DNA of 37,042 nucleotides from Octopus bimaculoides (lineage: Eukaryota), in contig NC_068990.1 of the NCBI RefSeq assembly GCF_001194135.2, forward strand, positions 60,216,181 through 60,253,222, read 5' to 3'. The notes under the pieces were generated by a model. The model was given only the letters and a program-made list of their open reading frames with translations. It did no database searches and was not told the DNA's origin. The position numbers and the translations under genes are program-made. Below are positions 22,870-36,139 of this stretch, piece by piece. The first letter of the stretch is position 1. The number at the start of each line of letters is the position of its first letter.

Positions 22870-24266
22870 CACTTACACACTTATAAATCTAAATATACAC
22901 CTGAAAGAGTTACTAATAGTTTCATGCTATTATGATGCTTGAACAGGTATTTTTATAAAATATGCCAGGTATCTTAAAGTCTGAAAGATCGCTTTAAGAT
23001 ACATGGCATGTTTTATAAATATGCCCATTCAAGTATCATAATACTATGAAACTATTAGTGAATTTTTTAGTTGTGTATTTAAATTGATATTTATATCTCA
23101 CTGGATGGAATACTTTTTTGTTGATTCTACCTCTATTGGATCATATATGTGTGGGGGGGGGGGTTCAGCAAAAATTTAGATTCAGATGAATATGGTACTT
23201 AAGTTGAGTCACCAGAATTTAGTACGGTATTATCCATACAATTTCAAAATCAGGAGATTAGAATCAAAATAAGCAACAAGGATATCCAGAGGTAATGCAG
23301 CACGATCGTTTCATGCAACTCCATTTAATCAAACAATGCAACCATTGCATCAATTTAGATGCAGAGCAATCCTCAGCTGCACAAAGACATAGAATTTAAT
23401 TAAATTAAAACAGATGGACACATTAGTATAATTTTGCCTAAAATCTCCAAGAAGTTAAGAAGAGAGACGAAGAACATTGCTGCCCTTCCTTCCACTTAGA
23501 AGCTACTAAGTTATCAGGAAGAAAGACTTGTTACAGATTTTGCTTGTCACTTTTATATGGGGTCAGTTTTAATTTATAGACTAGTTTTATCAAATCCTTG
23601 TATATCTAAGGTTGGGTCTGTTAGGGGTAGGGCTGAGGGAGTCAACAGAATTCATAGTGGGTATAGTCATAAAAATCAAGATTTATTTGAAGCAATATCA
23701 TGGGATTTGGTAAAAGAAAACTTAAATCAAGGTGTTAGCTTACAATTAAGGGGGCTGGCCACTAGTAGACCATTGATAATGAAACAGGGGAAATCATATC
23801 ATGTAGTACTATAGTTAAATATTTTAAGCAATACTGCTATATTGTATAAAGTTAAAGTTTAGGGTTATTCAGAGGATTATTAAGAAGAAGAATTATAACA
23901 AAAGTATAAAATGTTTTATGAATACTTTTGAGTATATACCAAACGTTTACCACAATAGAGGGAGCAAAAGAAAATTATCCAGAAATAGTTTAATATTTAT
24001 ACATATTATAAACGTAAATACTAACTAACCAGATGGTATCAGTGAATATTGATCAATTGGTATATACTGGTATTTAATAAAGGAGTACTGTGGTAAAAGA
24101 ACATGTTAACTATGAATTAATTTAATTATAATCTAAGTAGTTTATTTTAAGTAGTGAGTATACCAGTATTGTTATATATAAGCTAAGTATGAATTTATAG
24201 AGGTACAAATATTGGATTTATTTCATAAATAAATAAATAAAGGCTATTATAAGATAATAAAGAAAT

Positions 24267-24477
24267 ATCATCATCATCATCATCGTTTAACGTCCGCTTT
24301 CCATGCTAGCATGAATTGGACGATTTGACTGAGGACTGATGAAACCAGATGGCTACACCAGGCTCCAATCTGATTTGGCAGAGTTTCTACAGCTGGATGC
24401 CCTTCCTAACGCCAACCACTCAGAGAGTGTAGTGGGTGCTTTTACATGTCACCCGCACGAAGGCCAGTCAGGCGGTT
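24267..24477 (-). mobile_element. RTE-tail fragment (well conserved)
   Basis: Near-identical reverse complement of 36265-36451. Confidence 0.85.
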
Positions 24478-24479
24478 AG

Positions 24480-24634
24480 GATTTTATTCAACATATCCCT
24501 CTCTCAGATTCACACACTTATTGCAGTGGTCCTTCAGTTTTTCTAAAAGTCCTGTAAAAGAACTCAGCAGGTTAGGCCTCCTGCCAGGCCTTTCACAATA
24601 CCCTTAAAGTCAGGAACTTTTCAGCAACCCCTTG
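24480..24634. mobile_element. Mariner-type MITE, copy 3 (left end missing)
   Basis: ATTTTATTCAACATAT...AAAGTCAGGAACTTTTCAGCAACCCCTTG-TA, same family as 439-663. Confidence 0.85.
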
Positions 24635-24639
24635 TATAT

Positions 24640-24875
24640 ATATCATCACCCTCATCCTTATCATCATATAATGTCAAGTTTTCATGCTCACATGGTTCAG
24701 ATGGAATTTGTTGATACAGATTTTCTATGGCCAGATGCTCTTCCTGTCACCAACCCTCACTTGTCCCTCAGTAAGGTAATATTTCACTATGGCCAGACAT
24801 GTTTCCTTGGAAGATTAGAAATAGTGGACTCTGCACATACATTTACAACTACTACAGGAAGTCAAGACAAGGGGG
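24640..24875 (-). mobile_element. RTE-tail-like fragment
   Basis: Resembles 6745-6960 (AATGTCAAGTTTTCATGCTCACATGG...CAGATGGAATTTGTTGA). Confidence 0.55.
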
Positions 24876-24882
24876 GAATAAT

Positions 24883-24942
<60 letters not shown>

Positions 24943-24957
24943 ACACACACACAAACA

Positions 24958-24995
<38 letters not shown>

Positions 24996-25174
24996 GAGCT
25001 TTTTCAGTTTCTGTCTACCAGAACCATTCGCTACACACTTTGGGTCAGCACTGTACCTTCCATATGATTGGGAAGCAAACTTTTAGAGACAAATTCTAAG
25101 TTATTTTGTTGGAGTAACAATTAAGAATTATAAACACACACACACACACACACATATATATACATATACATACA

Positions 25175-25210
<36 letters not shown>

Positions 25211-25530
25211 TATATATTGGTGTTAAAAGTATGAAGAAAAGGTTATTTTTAGAGGAAGAGCAGGTTGTACAAATGACTCTTGCCAGAACTTATATACATG
25301 TGTGTGTGTGTGTCGATTACCAGTCCAGGCAAAATACTCATAAGTTCTCTGTTGGCACGCCTGGCTAACGATATTGTTTAGATTAGTGAAGAACTCTAAA
25401 TATTATTATGACAGGGTTCAAGTTTATGGTTCACCACAATTCTATATTGTAAATCCATGGCTGAGCACCAGTCAAACTGGTTTTTACACAGCGTGATATT
25501 ATAAGACAAGGCGTAAATAATAGTCGTTAA

Positions 25531-25649
25531 ATATTTTTCCTTTATTAGAGTAAATTTGACTTACAGCTGTTTCCAGTAGTCATTATAAATACATTAATGA
25601 TTACTGGAAACAGCTGTAAGCCAAATTTATTCTAATAAAGGAAAAATAT
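25531..25649. repeat. Inverted repeat, 55-bp arms, 9-nt loop
   Basis: Arms 25531-25585 and 25595-25649 with 3 mismatches. Confidence 0.92.
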
Positions 25650-25694
25650 GTAATGACCATTCTTTATACCGTGTCTAAAATATATATATTTTGT

Positions 25695-26079
25695 TATTCT
25701 TTTCTTTTATTTGTTTCAGTTATTTGACTGCAGCCATGCTGGAGCACTGCCTTTAGTCAAACAAATCAACTCCAGGACTTCTTCTTTGTAAGCCTAGTAC
25801 TTATTCTATCAGTCTCTTTGGCCGAACCACTAAGTTATGGGGATGTAAACACACCAGCATTGGTTATCAAGCAATGGTGGAGGAACAAACACAGACACAC
25901 AAACACACACATATATATACGACAGGCTTCTTTCAGTTTCCATCTACTAAATCCACTCACAAGGCTTTAGTTGGCACAATGCTAAAGTAGAAGACACTTG
26001 CCCAAGATGTCACGGAGTGGGACTAAGCCTGGTACTATGTGGTTGGTAAGTAAGCTACTTGCTACACAGCCACGCCTGT
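25695..26079 (-). mobile_element. tRNA-head SINE, near full length
   Basis: Reverse complement of the 27070-27487 type. Confidence 0.85.
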
Positions 26080-26169
26080 GCCAGTATACATACATACATA
26101 CACACATACATACATACATATGTATATATGTATATATATATATAGATATATATACATATATATATATAC

Positions 26170-26200
<31 letters not shown>

Positions 26201-26417
26201 NNNNNNNNNNNNNNNNNNNNNNNNNNNNNNNNNNNNNNNNNNNNNNNNNNNNNNNNNNNNNNNNNNNNNNNNNNNNNNNNNNNNNNNNNNNNNNNNNNNN
26301 NNNNNNNNNNNNNNNNNNNNNNNNNNNNNNNNNNNNNNNNNNNNNNNNNNNNNNNNNNNNNNNNNNNNNNNNNNNNNNNNNNNNNNNNNNNNNNNNNNNN
26401 NNNNTATATATATATAT

Positions 26418-26695
26418 AATGAGCTTATTGTATACAGTGCTCAGGTGCACTACAACTCATCAAAAAAAGCAACTAAAACTGCATGAACAGTACATAGAAT
26501 ATTTATAGGAAGTGAACATTGAAAAAGTTTTTTAGAAAAAGGAAATAAAAAAACAAGGCTGTGCGGGGATGTGGGGGCTTCAGGTGTACTGTTGGTGAAT
26601 TTCAGGAAGCATGGAAGTTTTGAGGAATGTAGTGTCTCAACTGCTAACCATTGATGCAGGTAGTTTATCCCATGGTTCAGTAATTCTGTAAGTAC
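26418..26695 (-). mobile_element. CR1-like LINE 3' end
   Basis: Minus strand reads RITEPWDKLPASMVSS*DTTFLKTSMLPEIHQQYT*, resembling the CR1/L2 ORF2 terminal R..WN.LP..VV....FK motif, followed by a 3' UTR. Confidence 0.65.
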
Positions 26696-26877
26696 ACACA
26701 CACACACACACACACTATTTTATCAAAGAGTAAAGTAAATTTGTGAAGGATATTCCTGGCTTTAGTAAAATAGTATTTCACTCTGCCTTTAGTATCGAAG
26801 TACTATTTTGTATAGTTTTGCATTTTGTGCCTTGAATGTGTGTGTATACACCCACAATGACCCACAAACATGTATCG

Positions 26878-26934
26878 CCATATTCCCTTCCAGTCACCAT
26901 ATTCCTTTCCAGTCGCCATATTACCTTCCATATC
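26878..26934. repeat. Three tandem 19-bp units
   Basis: GCCATATTCCCTTCCAGTC / ACCATATTCCTTTCCAGTC / GCCATATTACCTTCCATAT. Confidence 0.85.
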
Positions 26935-27069
26935 AACTAATTTTGATGAGCATAGGGTTAAATAATCAGATTGTTACCTAACACTCCATTGTATTCCTTT
27001 GTGCGAAACTGATTGGCAACATCAGCCATGATGGATATATAATACTATATATTTTGGATAATATAATCT

Positions 27070-27221
27070 AGGAGTGGCTGTGTGGTAAGAGGTTTGCTTC
27101 CTAACCACATGGTTCTGGGTTCAGTCCCAGTGTGTGACACCTTGGGCAAGTGTCTTCTACTATAGCCTCAGGCCGACCAAAACCTTGTGGGTGGATTTGG
27201 TAGATGGAAACTGAAAAAAGC

Positions 27222-27263
<42 letters not shown>

Positions 27264-27487
27264 TATATATGTATGTATATGTTTGTGTGTCTGTGTTTGT
27301 CCCCCCACCACCGCTTGACAACCCATGTTGGTGTACTTACATCCCTGTAACTTAGTGGTTCAGCAAAGAAGACTGATAGAATAAGTACTAGGCTTACAAT
27401 GAATAAGTACTGGGGTTGATTTGTTCAACTAAAGGCGATGCTCCAGCATGGCTGCTGTCAAATGACTGAAACAAATAAGGAATAAAA
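27070..27487 (+). mobile_element. tRNA-head SINE, near full length
   Basis: Pol III A-box-like TGGCTGTGTGG (27075-85), B-box-like GGGTTCAGTCCC (27117-28), internal (TA)n/(CA)n and an A-rich tail. Multiple copies in the window. Confidence 0.85.
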
Positions 27488-27589
27488 NNNNNNNNNNNNN
27501 NNNNNNNNNNNNNNNNNNNNNNNNNNNNNNNNNNNNNNNNNNNNNNNNNNNNNNNNNATATATATATATATATACATATATTTTTTATT

Positions 27590-27940
27590 TTTTACCTTTC
27601 ACTTGTTTCAGTCATTAGACTGCGGCCATGCCTTGAATTTTTAGTCAAATGAATCAACCCTAGGACTTTTTTTTAAAACCTGTCAGCCTCTTTTGCTGAA
27701 CCACTAAGTTATGGGGGTGTAAAGGCAACAACACTAGATGTCAAGCAGTGGTAGGACACGCACACATACTGACATAAATACAATGGGCTTCTTTCAGTTT
27801 CTGTCTGCCAAATCCACTTACAAATCTTTGATTGACCCAACACTATAATTGAAGACATCTGCCTTCGGTGACACACAATGGGACTGTTCCCAGAACCATG
27901 TCTGTAGGAAACAAACTTCTTACCACACAGCTACGCCTGC
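27590..27940 (-). mobile_element. tRNA-head SINE, diverged
   Basis: Reverse-complement match to the same family. Confidence 0.75.
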
Positions 27941-30116
27941 TTCTGATGTGTGTGTGTGTGTGATCCTTTTTTCTTTTCCAAACATATGCATTGAGGGAAT
28001 GAGAAATATATGCAGAAAGATAGAAACATAAATCTGAGTGTGTGTTCGTGAATTTATTTAAAGAACTGTGATTCACTATAAATCAAAATAAAGAAATATT
28101 CAATGATACACAGATTAGAAATCACAAATCTTTAGACAGAAATATAGACATGTGTAAGTAACAACAAAATGTGCATATGAACAAGTATCTAGATGCACAC
28201 ACATACCCAAACACAATTCCTTTCGGAGTCGATAAATTATGTACCAGTTGCATACTAAGGTCGATCTATTCGACTGGCCCCCGCCCCCAAAATTTCGGGC
28301 CTTGTACCTAGAGTAGAAAAGAATTAGTTGAAAGCTAAGTTCATTGTTTTCCTTCTCCGAAATGTAAATAAAAATAGCACAGAAAATGCGAAGAGAATTT
28401 AGCATGTGAAGGGAGATAACTCCTGTTGACATTAATTTTTCTCTTTAGCAGATTTTTACAAACTTTTACATTCTTTATCTTGTTTTGCTTTCTTTCAAGT
28501 CAAAAGTTGCGGTAGATTGACAGAATCGATACGGGGAAAATGCCTTGCGGTATTTAATCACGTCCCCTGAATATTTACCTTTTGTTCTTTTGGGAAACAA
28601 AACATCAGACAAATAACGGTTTCATTCAATTACATTCCAGAACGAAATTTCGTTCTTGTTAAAATCCTTTAGTTAAAAATGGCACAAAGAATTCCCTAAT
28701 CAACTGTAGCACAGTGTGTTTCATGGGTGGTTAGGCGTTTTAGTTACGTTTTTTCTCTTTTCTGGGTTCCAGTTTTGCCAGAGAAAATTTGATCTCTATC
28801 TCTTCCCCAGAAAGGGGTGAAAAGATGGTTCTCCCTATGAGAAATCTTTTTATCGTTTTTAGGGTTGCGGTTGGCACTTTTGTTGTGTATTTTGTTATGT
28901 TTTGGTGTGAAGGTAGGGTGGGAGCAGTAGTGTCTTTAGTTATAGGTGCAGCAGGTAGTTATCCTGAGGCCTCAAAGGTCTAGGGATCCAATTCTGATAT
29001 ATGCATATTGCAGTTTGCTGCCAATTCATAAATACAATAAGACCCAGTGCATTGATTTACCCAGGAGCTTATTACTAAGACGGCCCTAGTGGGGGCCAGT
29101 AAATTCATGGTTTATCCCTTGCAGCATTAGGGTCAGTAAAACTAAATCCTTATTTCAAATATCTATCTCTGTACTTGCATTAAAATTATTATTATTAATA
29201 TATATATATACATATATACACACATATAAATTTAATTAGAGTGCATGTTAACCTCATGAAAGGATGGTAGCATCCAAAGAAATACTAGTTCAATACCTAG
29301 TATTTTGGGGGAATTAAATTCTCTTAAGACAATAGGTATATATAAAGCATATAGTTTATATCCATTTAATAAAATAAAATAAAATGGAGATTAGCAAGTT
29401 AATAATTCATTTCAGCAGACTGCTGAAATGAATTGATAAGCCCACATATAACATCCAAAGGTATATTTTTTCCTCTGTTGAAATTATACTCATGCCACAT
29501 AAATGTAAATTTAATTTACAAATTTGTAATTAAATTATTGAGTATTAATTGAAACAGGTATAAGAAGCGAAGACGACCAATTTGTTGTTAATAATAAACA
29601 ATTATTAACTTCCTTNNNNNNNNNNNNNNNNNNNNNNNNNNNNNNNNNNNNNNNNNNNNNNNNNNNNNNNNNNNNNNNNNNNNNNNNNNNNNNNNNNNNN
29701 NNNNNNNNNNNNNNNNNNNNNNNNNNNNNNNNNNNNNNNNNNNNNNNNNNNNNNNNNNNNNNNNNNNNNNNNNNNNNNNNNNNNNNNNNNNNNNNNNNNN
29801 NNNNNNNNNNNNNNNNNNNNNNNNNNNNNNNNNNNNNNNNNNNNNNNNNNNNNNNNNNNNNNNNNNNNNNNNNNNNNNNNNNNNNNNNNNNNNNNNNNNN
29901 NNNNNNNNNNNNNNNNNNNNNNNNNNNNNNNNNNNNNNNNNNNNNNNNNNNNNNNNNNNNNNNNNNNNNNNNNNNNNNNNNNNNNNNNNNNNNNNNNNNN
30001 NNNNNNNNNNNNNNNNNNNNNNNNNNNNNNNNNNNNNNNNNNNNNNNNNNNNNNNNNNNNNNNNNNNNNNNNNNNNNNNNNNNNNNNNNNNNNNNNNNNN
30101 NNNNNNNNNNNNNNNN

Positions 30117-30158
<42 letters not shown>

Positions 30159-30160
<2 letters not shown>

Positions 30161-30388
30161 GGGTTGGCCAGAAGTAATCTGACAAGTAAAACTAAATTCC
30201 ATAAATACTATATGTAATTTTGTTTTGACTCGAATGGAAAAATGCGTCGCTCAAGGAGGACTTCAGTTTGAACAATTTTTATGATGTTTCATATTAAGAT
30301 GCTTTTATTAAATTCATTTAGTTGTTAAGCGTAAATCTTGGAATTAAATAGTTTTGATTTACTGTCAGGTAACTTTTGACCGATCCTG
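30159..30388. mobile_element. Tc1/mariner-type MITE or deletion derivative (230 bp)
   Basis: TIRs CAGGGTTGGCCAGAAGTAATCTGACA and TGTCAGGTAACTTTTGACCGATCCTG (20/26), TA on the right. Internal RMEKCVAQGGLQFEQFL* resembles a transposase C-terminus. Confidence 0.75.
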
Positions 30389-30624
30389 TATATTGAAGAG
30401 AGTTTATATGCTTGTGACCATTGGAGTCTGATGAGTCGTTTATAAAAGGTAAGTGCTATATCGATGTGAAACCATTGGTCACTCTATGACTGGCCATATA
30501 TTTAACTTCGTGTAAATACATTACTGTTCTAACTTTTAGAGTGTGCTTCTGTTTCAAATATATGATCCTCTGACTAAATATATATACATATATGCATATA
30601 TATATATATATATGTATATGCATG

Positions 30625-30684
<60 letters not shown>

Positions 30685-30979
30685 TGTGTGTGTGTGTGTT
30701 TTGCCTTTATTTATAAAGGTATATACATATACATATGTGTGTGTATATATGTATGTATATATGTGTATATATATATCTATATCTATCTATCTCTCTCTCT
30801 CTCTATATATATATATAATAATAATAGGGGTCTATATATATATATATATATATAATAATAATAATAGGGGTCACAAATTGAATATTAATTTAATATCAAT
30901 TTAAAACCAATGGCCTAGCATATTGACAAAATCTGAAGATTCAGAAAAATTATATTACATACATTTAATATATGCATGT

Positions 30980-31030
<51 letters not shown>

Positions 31031-31774
31031 ATACACACACACACACACACTTAAACACACACACACACACACACAATTTGCCACTATCAGCCCAGTGACA
31101 GATTAGAAGCGTGTTCAAATATGAACAAAGAAGCATGACTTCTCTCTCCTTTACTATTTTAAAATATTGTGTACCCTGAATTACGAATTGATGTGGATAA
31201 ATGATGTTAAATCTATCTTAAAGTTATGCATATTTTTTCATAAAATATGGAGAATACAACTGATGATTGTAGTATATACTTATTTAAATTAAATTAATTT
31301 TTCAAATTGATTTATTTAGTTTGTACATTGAATGTGAAACTAGTTTTGTATTAATCACGCTGACCTTAGAACAGACTTCATTTGTCTCGTTTACCTTACA
31401 TCATTTTCGTACCAAGGAGAAATGCCCTTGTTTTATTTAAAAACAACTGCCATTCAACACACAGAGTTTGTTTTTTTCACTGCTCTTCTCCCCCTCTCTA
31501 TATCTTTGTGTGTGTGTGTGTGTGTGTGTGTATAAATCTAATGGAGAATCTGATAACATAAATACTCTGACTGAAAAATCTCTCTCAAGGGCATTCAGTT
31601 TCAACCCTTGAAGCACAAAACACATGGGAGCTGCATGTGGTCCTCCACAAGGCTGCTACAGATTTTTGAGGTAGGAAGGAAATCACAGGGATATTTAGAC
31701 AATGAGTATTTTTAATGCACTACACCAGCACATCATTTACCTTTGTGGTAAAGTTCTATGCATCACCATAATTA

Positions 31775-31975
31775 TCACCATCATCATCATCATCATTAAA
31801 CGTCCACTCTTCATGCTAACATAGACTGGATGGATTGACAGAAGCTGGCAAGTCAGAAGACTGCACCAAATTCCAATGTCTGCTTTGACATGGTTTCTAT
31901 GGCCGGATGCTGTTCCTGAAACCAAACATTTTACAGTGTCTACTGGGTGCTTGTTATGTGGAATTAACACTAAGG
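31775..31975 (-). mobile_element. RTE-tail fragment
   Basis: (CAT)n TAAACGTCCACTCTTCATGCTAACATAG... Confidence 0.7.
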
Positions 31976-32139
31976 TATTTAGCAAGTAGCTTGTAAGACA
32001 AAATACACCTCAAATGAGAAGGAGAGTAGTGTTGAAGGAGGTGGTTATGTGATTGTTGGTTAATGATCAAAAGAGTAGATTCACAAATAAAAGTGGCTGG
32101 AATGGGGTTCCTCCAAAGGAACTGGAGAAACATTTCTGC

Positions 32140-32425
32140 ATAGCTCAGAGAACAAGGGTTCTCTCTGGGTTGTGCTGCTACTTTTCTGCAGTGAGCGTTC
32201 CCTGCTCTGGTACAATGGACATCTGATTAGAATGTGACTGGAAAGAATCACAAGATGGATTCTTCAAGCTGAGCCAACCAATAGGAGACTGAGGGGTAGA
32301 CCAAGAATGAGATGGTTGGCTAATAGACATAGTTTCAGTTGGTCATACTTGAGAATCCAGCTGGAAAATCTAATGAGGGTTGCTTCTGATAGGACCCCTA
32401 TGGAAGAGGTGCCTGAGGATTCTTA
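32140..32425 (+). mobile_element. RTE LINE ORF2 C-terminal relic
   Basis: LWYNGHLIRM*LERITRWILQAEPTNRRLRGRPRMRWLAN, the RW.GH..RM / RGRP..RW motifs typical of RTE. Confidence 0.8.
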
Positions 32426-32429
32426 CATT

Positions 32430-32635
32430 AAAAGCAGTGGTACTGGTGCCACATAAAAAGCACCCAGTACAACTCTGTGGAGTGGTTGGCATTAGGAAGG
32501 GCATCTAGCTGTAGAAGTCATGCCAGAACAGACCATGAAGTGCAGTACAGCCCTGGCCCTTATCAGCTCTGGTCAAACCGTCCAACCCATGCTAGCATAG
32601 AAAATGAACAGTAAATGATGATGATGATGATGATG
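32430..32635 (+). mobile_element. RTE-tail fragment
   Basis: GGTTGGCATTAGGAAGGGCATC...CCAACCCATGCTAGCATAGAAAATG...(ATG)n. Confidence 0.75.
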
Positions 32636-33331
32636 ACGACAACAACGATGATAATGATGATGTCAATTTCAGAAATAGCAGGTGATGAGAGGTTAAAGTG
32701 TGACAGTGGGACAGTTTTGCTGTAGGGGAAATACATGGTTTTTAAAACGATTCTAATACATGCTTCTTTTAGTCTTTTTTTTTTTTTTATATGTAATAAA
32801 AGTTTTAAAAAGTAAAGAAATATTGATGACAGCTGAAAATCAACATGACCCATGAGAGGAAGACAATTCCTTCAAAGACAGTCCAGAGTCAAAAATAGTG
32901 GAAAGAAGTTATTGATGGTTGGTGTTGCATAGGGAGGGAGGGGCTTAACTGAGAAGTAAGTACACTTGAGGCAGGAGGAATAATAAGACAGTGGAGTTGG
33001 AAAGAATAAGAGATGAAACTAATTGTCTTGGTAATTTTATTCCACTGTTCTTTCTTTTACTGGTTTCAAGTATTAGGCTATGTTATCAAGCAGTCATTAG
33101 GCCAGGTTCAGTGATCTTATATATACTACTAATAGCCCTGGGCTAAACTTTGGTTAATCCCAGGGCTATAGCAGAAGGTGCTTGCTGTTGTGGGAAGTAA
33201 ACTTTTTATCATACATGACCAGTGTCTGCCATATATAGCATCTGCATTTTCCTGATTTATGGACATTTATATGGCTTACTTATGTACACACACACACACA
33301 CACACACTGTAATAACTCTATTAATAGGCTG

Positions 33332-33375
<44 letters not shown>

Positions 33376-34258
33376 NNNNNNNNNNNNNNNNNNNNNNNNN
33401 NNNNNNNNNNNNNNNNNNNNNNNNNNNNNNNNNNNNNNNNNNNNNNNNNNNNNNNNNNNNNNNNNNNNNNNNNNNNNNNNNNNNNNNNNNNNNNNNNNNN
33501 NNNNNNNNNNNNNNNNNNNNNNNNNNNNNNNNNNNNNNNNNNNNNNNNNNNNNNNNNNNNNNNNNNNNNNNNNNNNNNNNNNNNNNNNNNNNNNNNNNNN
33601 NNNNNNNNNNNNNNNNNNNNNNNNNNNNNNNNNNNNNNNNNNNNNNNNNNNNNNNNNNNNNNNNNNNNNNNNNNNNNNNNNNNNNNNNNNNNNNNNNNNN
33701 NNNNNNNNNNNNNNNNNNNNNNNNNNNNNNNNNNNNNNNNNNNNNNNNNNNNNNNNNNNNNNNNNNNNNNNNNNNNNNNNNNNNNNNNNNNNNNNNNNNN
33801 NNNNNNNNNNNNNNNNNNNNNNNNNNNNNNNNNNNNNNNNNNNNNNNNNNNNNNNNNNNNNNNNNNNNNNNNNNNNNNNNNNNNNNNNNNNNNNNNNNNN
33901 NNNNNNNNNNNNNNNNNNNNNNNNNNNNNNNNNNNNNNNNNNNNNNNNNNNNNNNNNNNNNNNNNNNNNNNNNNNNNNNNNNNNNNNNNNNNNNNNNNNN
34001 NNNNNNNNNNNNNNNNNNNNNNNNNNNNNNNNNNNNNNNNNNNNNNNNNNNNNNNNNNNNNNNNNNNNNNNNNNNNNNNNNNNNNNNNNNNNNNNNNNNN
34101 NNNNNNNNNNNNNNNNNNNNNNNNNNNNNNNNNNNNNNNNNNNNNNNNNNNNNNNNNNNNNNNNNNNNNNNNNNNNNNNNNNNNNNNNNNNNNNNNNNNN
34201 NNNNNNNNNNNNNNNNNNNNNNNNNNNNNNNNNNNNNNNNNNNNNNNNNNNNNNNNNN

Positions 34259-34311
<53 letters not shown>

Positions 34312-34324
34312 ATATATATACATA

Positions 34325-34518
34325 TTCTTTTATTTATTTACTCTTTTACTTCTTTCAATCATTTGACTGCGACCATGCTGGAGCACTGTCTTGGGACTTC
34401 TTAAGCATAGTACCTATTCTATCAAATCCTTTAGCTGAACTGCTAAGTTACGGTGATGTAAACACACCAACACTGGTTGTCAAACATAAACAGAAAGACG
34501 CACACACATAGACATACA

Positions 34519-34549
<31 letters not shown>

Positions 34550-34664
34550 CTGATAGGTATCTTTCAGTTTTCATCTACCAAATCTACTAACAAGGCCCGA
34601 GGTTATAGTAGAAGACACTTGCTCAAGGTACCACCTGGAACCATGTGGTTGGGAAGCAAACTTT

Positions 34665-34667
<3 letters not shown>
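34325..34667 (-). mobile_element. tRNA-head SINE, diverged
   Basis: Reverse-complement match to the same family. Confidence 0.75.
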
Positions 34668-34707
<40 letters not shown>

Positions 34708-35111
34708 CATATCATCAATGCACACNNNNNNNNNNTATATACATATATATATGTATATATATATACATACATATGCACACATTTATTTAGATATATATAA
34801 AATATTTTATGTCTATGGAGACTCATTAAGCCAATATCAATAATACATGTACTGATTCAACCCCACTTCTTTGTTATTAGTCCAATTGGTTAAATATCTA
34901 TCCAACTATTTAACAAAATTTATTACTAATACAGGAATGGAATTGAAGCAGTGACTGTGTTATTAATATTGCCGTAATGTTACTCCTTAGACAAAACAAA
35001 ATTTGTTTCAACACACGAATTCACATAAAGAATCTTGCAAGCCAAACAGAAATATGAAGTGATATATAATATGATATGCATATATGTTTGTGTGTGTGTG
35101 TGTGTGTGTAT

Positions 35112-35173
<62 letters not shown>

Positions 35174-35178
<5 letters not shown>

Positions 35179-35436
35179 CAAAATCCTAATAAGTAGGAAG
35201 GTAGATAAAACACAAACCCCTTCAGGTAGATGGCCCTGCTCAGTATGTAGAAAAGGAGTAGGTAGTAACTCTATAAGATGTACCCGGTGCAAGCTATGGA
35301 CAAGGCAGGTTAACTAGCAAGTTAGTTTTTGTTTGTGGCAGATGTTCAGGTGCAATAAAGACTGCAAACAAACAGGAAACAACTTCTATCTCATTCCAGG
35401 GTGAAAAACTAGAGGTAGTCGATAGCTTCCGCTATC
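35174..35436 (+). mobile_element. RTE-type LINE ORF2 fragment with a Cys-rich (PHD-like) finger
   Basis: KTKILISRKVDKTQTPSGRWPCSVCRKGVGSNSIRCTRCKLWT, then after a frameshift GRLTSKLVFVCGRCSGAIK...GEKLEVVDSFRY. Runs into a gap. Confidence 0.75.
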
Positions 35437-36139
35437 NNNNNNNNNNNNNNNNNNNNNNNNNNNNNNNNNNNNNNNNNNNNNNNNNNNNNNNNNNNNNNNN
35501 NNNNNNNNNNNNNNNNNNNNNNNNNNNNNNNNNNNNNNNNNNNNNNNNNNNNNNNNNNNNNNNNNNNNNNNNNNNNNNNNNNNNNNNNNNNNNNNNNNNN
35601 NNNNNNNNNNNNNNNNNNNNNNNNNNNNNNNNNNNNNNNNNNNNNNNNNNNNNNNNNNNNNNNNNNNNNNNNNNNNNNNNNNNNNNNNNNNNNNNNNNNN
35701 NNNNNNNNNNNNNNNNNNNNNNNNNNNNNNNNNNNNNNNNNNNNNNNNNNNNNNNNNNNNNNNNNNNNNNNNNNNNNNNNNNNNNNNNNNNNNNNNNNNN
35801 NNNNNNNNNNNNNNNNNNNNNNNNNNNNNNNNNNNNNNNNNNNNNNNNNNNNNNNNNNNNNNNNNNNNNNNNNNNNNNNNNNNNNNNNNNNNNNNNNNNN
35901 NNNNNNNNNNNNNNNNNNNNNNNNNNNNNNNNNNNNNNNNNNNNNNNNNNNNNNNNNNNNNNNNNNNNNNNNNNNNNNNNNNNNNNNNNNNNNNNNNNNN
36001 NNNNNNNNNNNNNNNNNNNNNNNNNNNNNNNNNNNNNNNNNNNNNNNNNNNNNNNNNNNNNNNNNNNNNNNNNNNNNNNNNNNNNNNNNNNNNNNNNNNN
36101 NNNNNNNNNNNNNNNNNNNNNNNNNNNNNNNNNNNNNNN

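Noticed and set aside
27070-27140. tRNA gene
   Set aside because: A/B-box-like motifs belong to a multi-copy SINE head; no cloverleaf evident.
30815-30872. Duplicated ATAATAATAGGGGTC around a TA run
   Set aside because: Likely slippage or mis-joining at a microsatellite.
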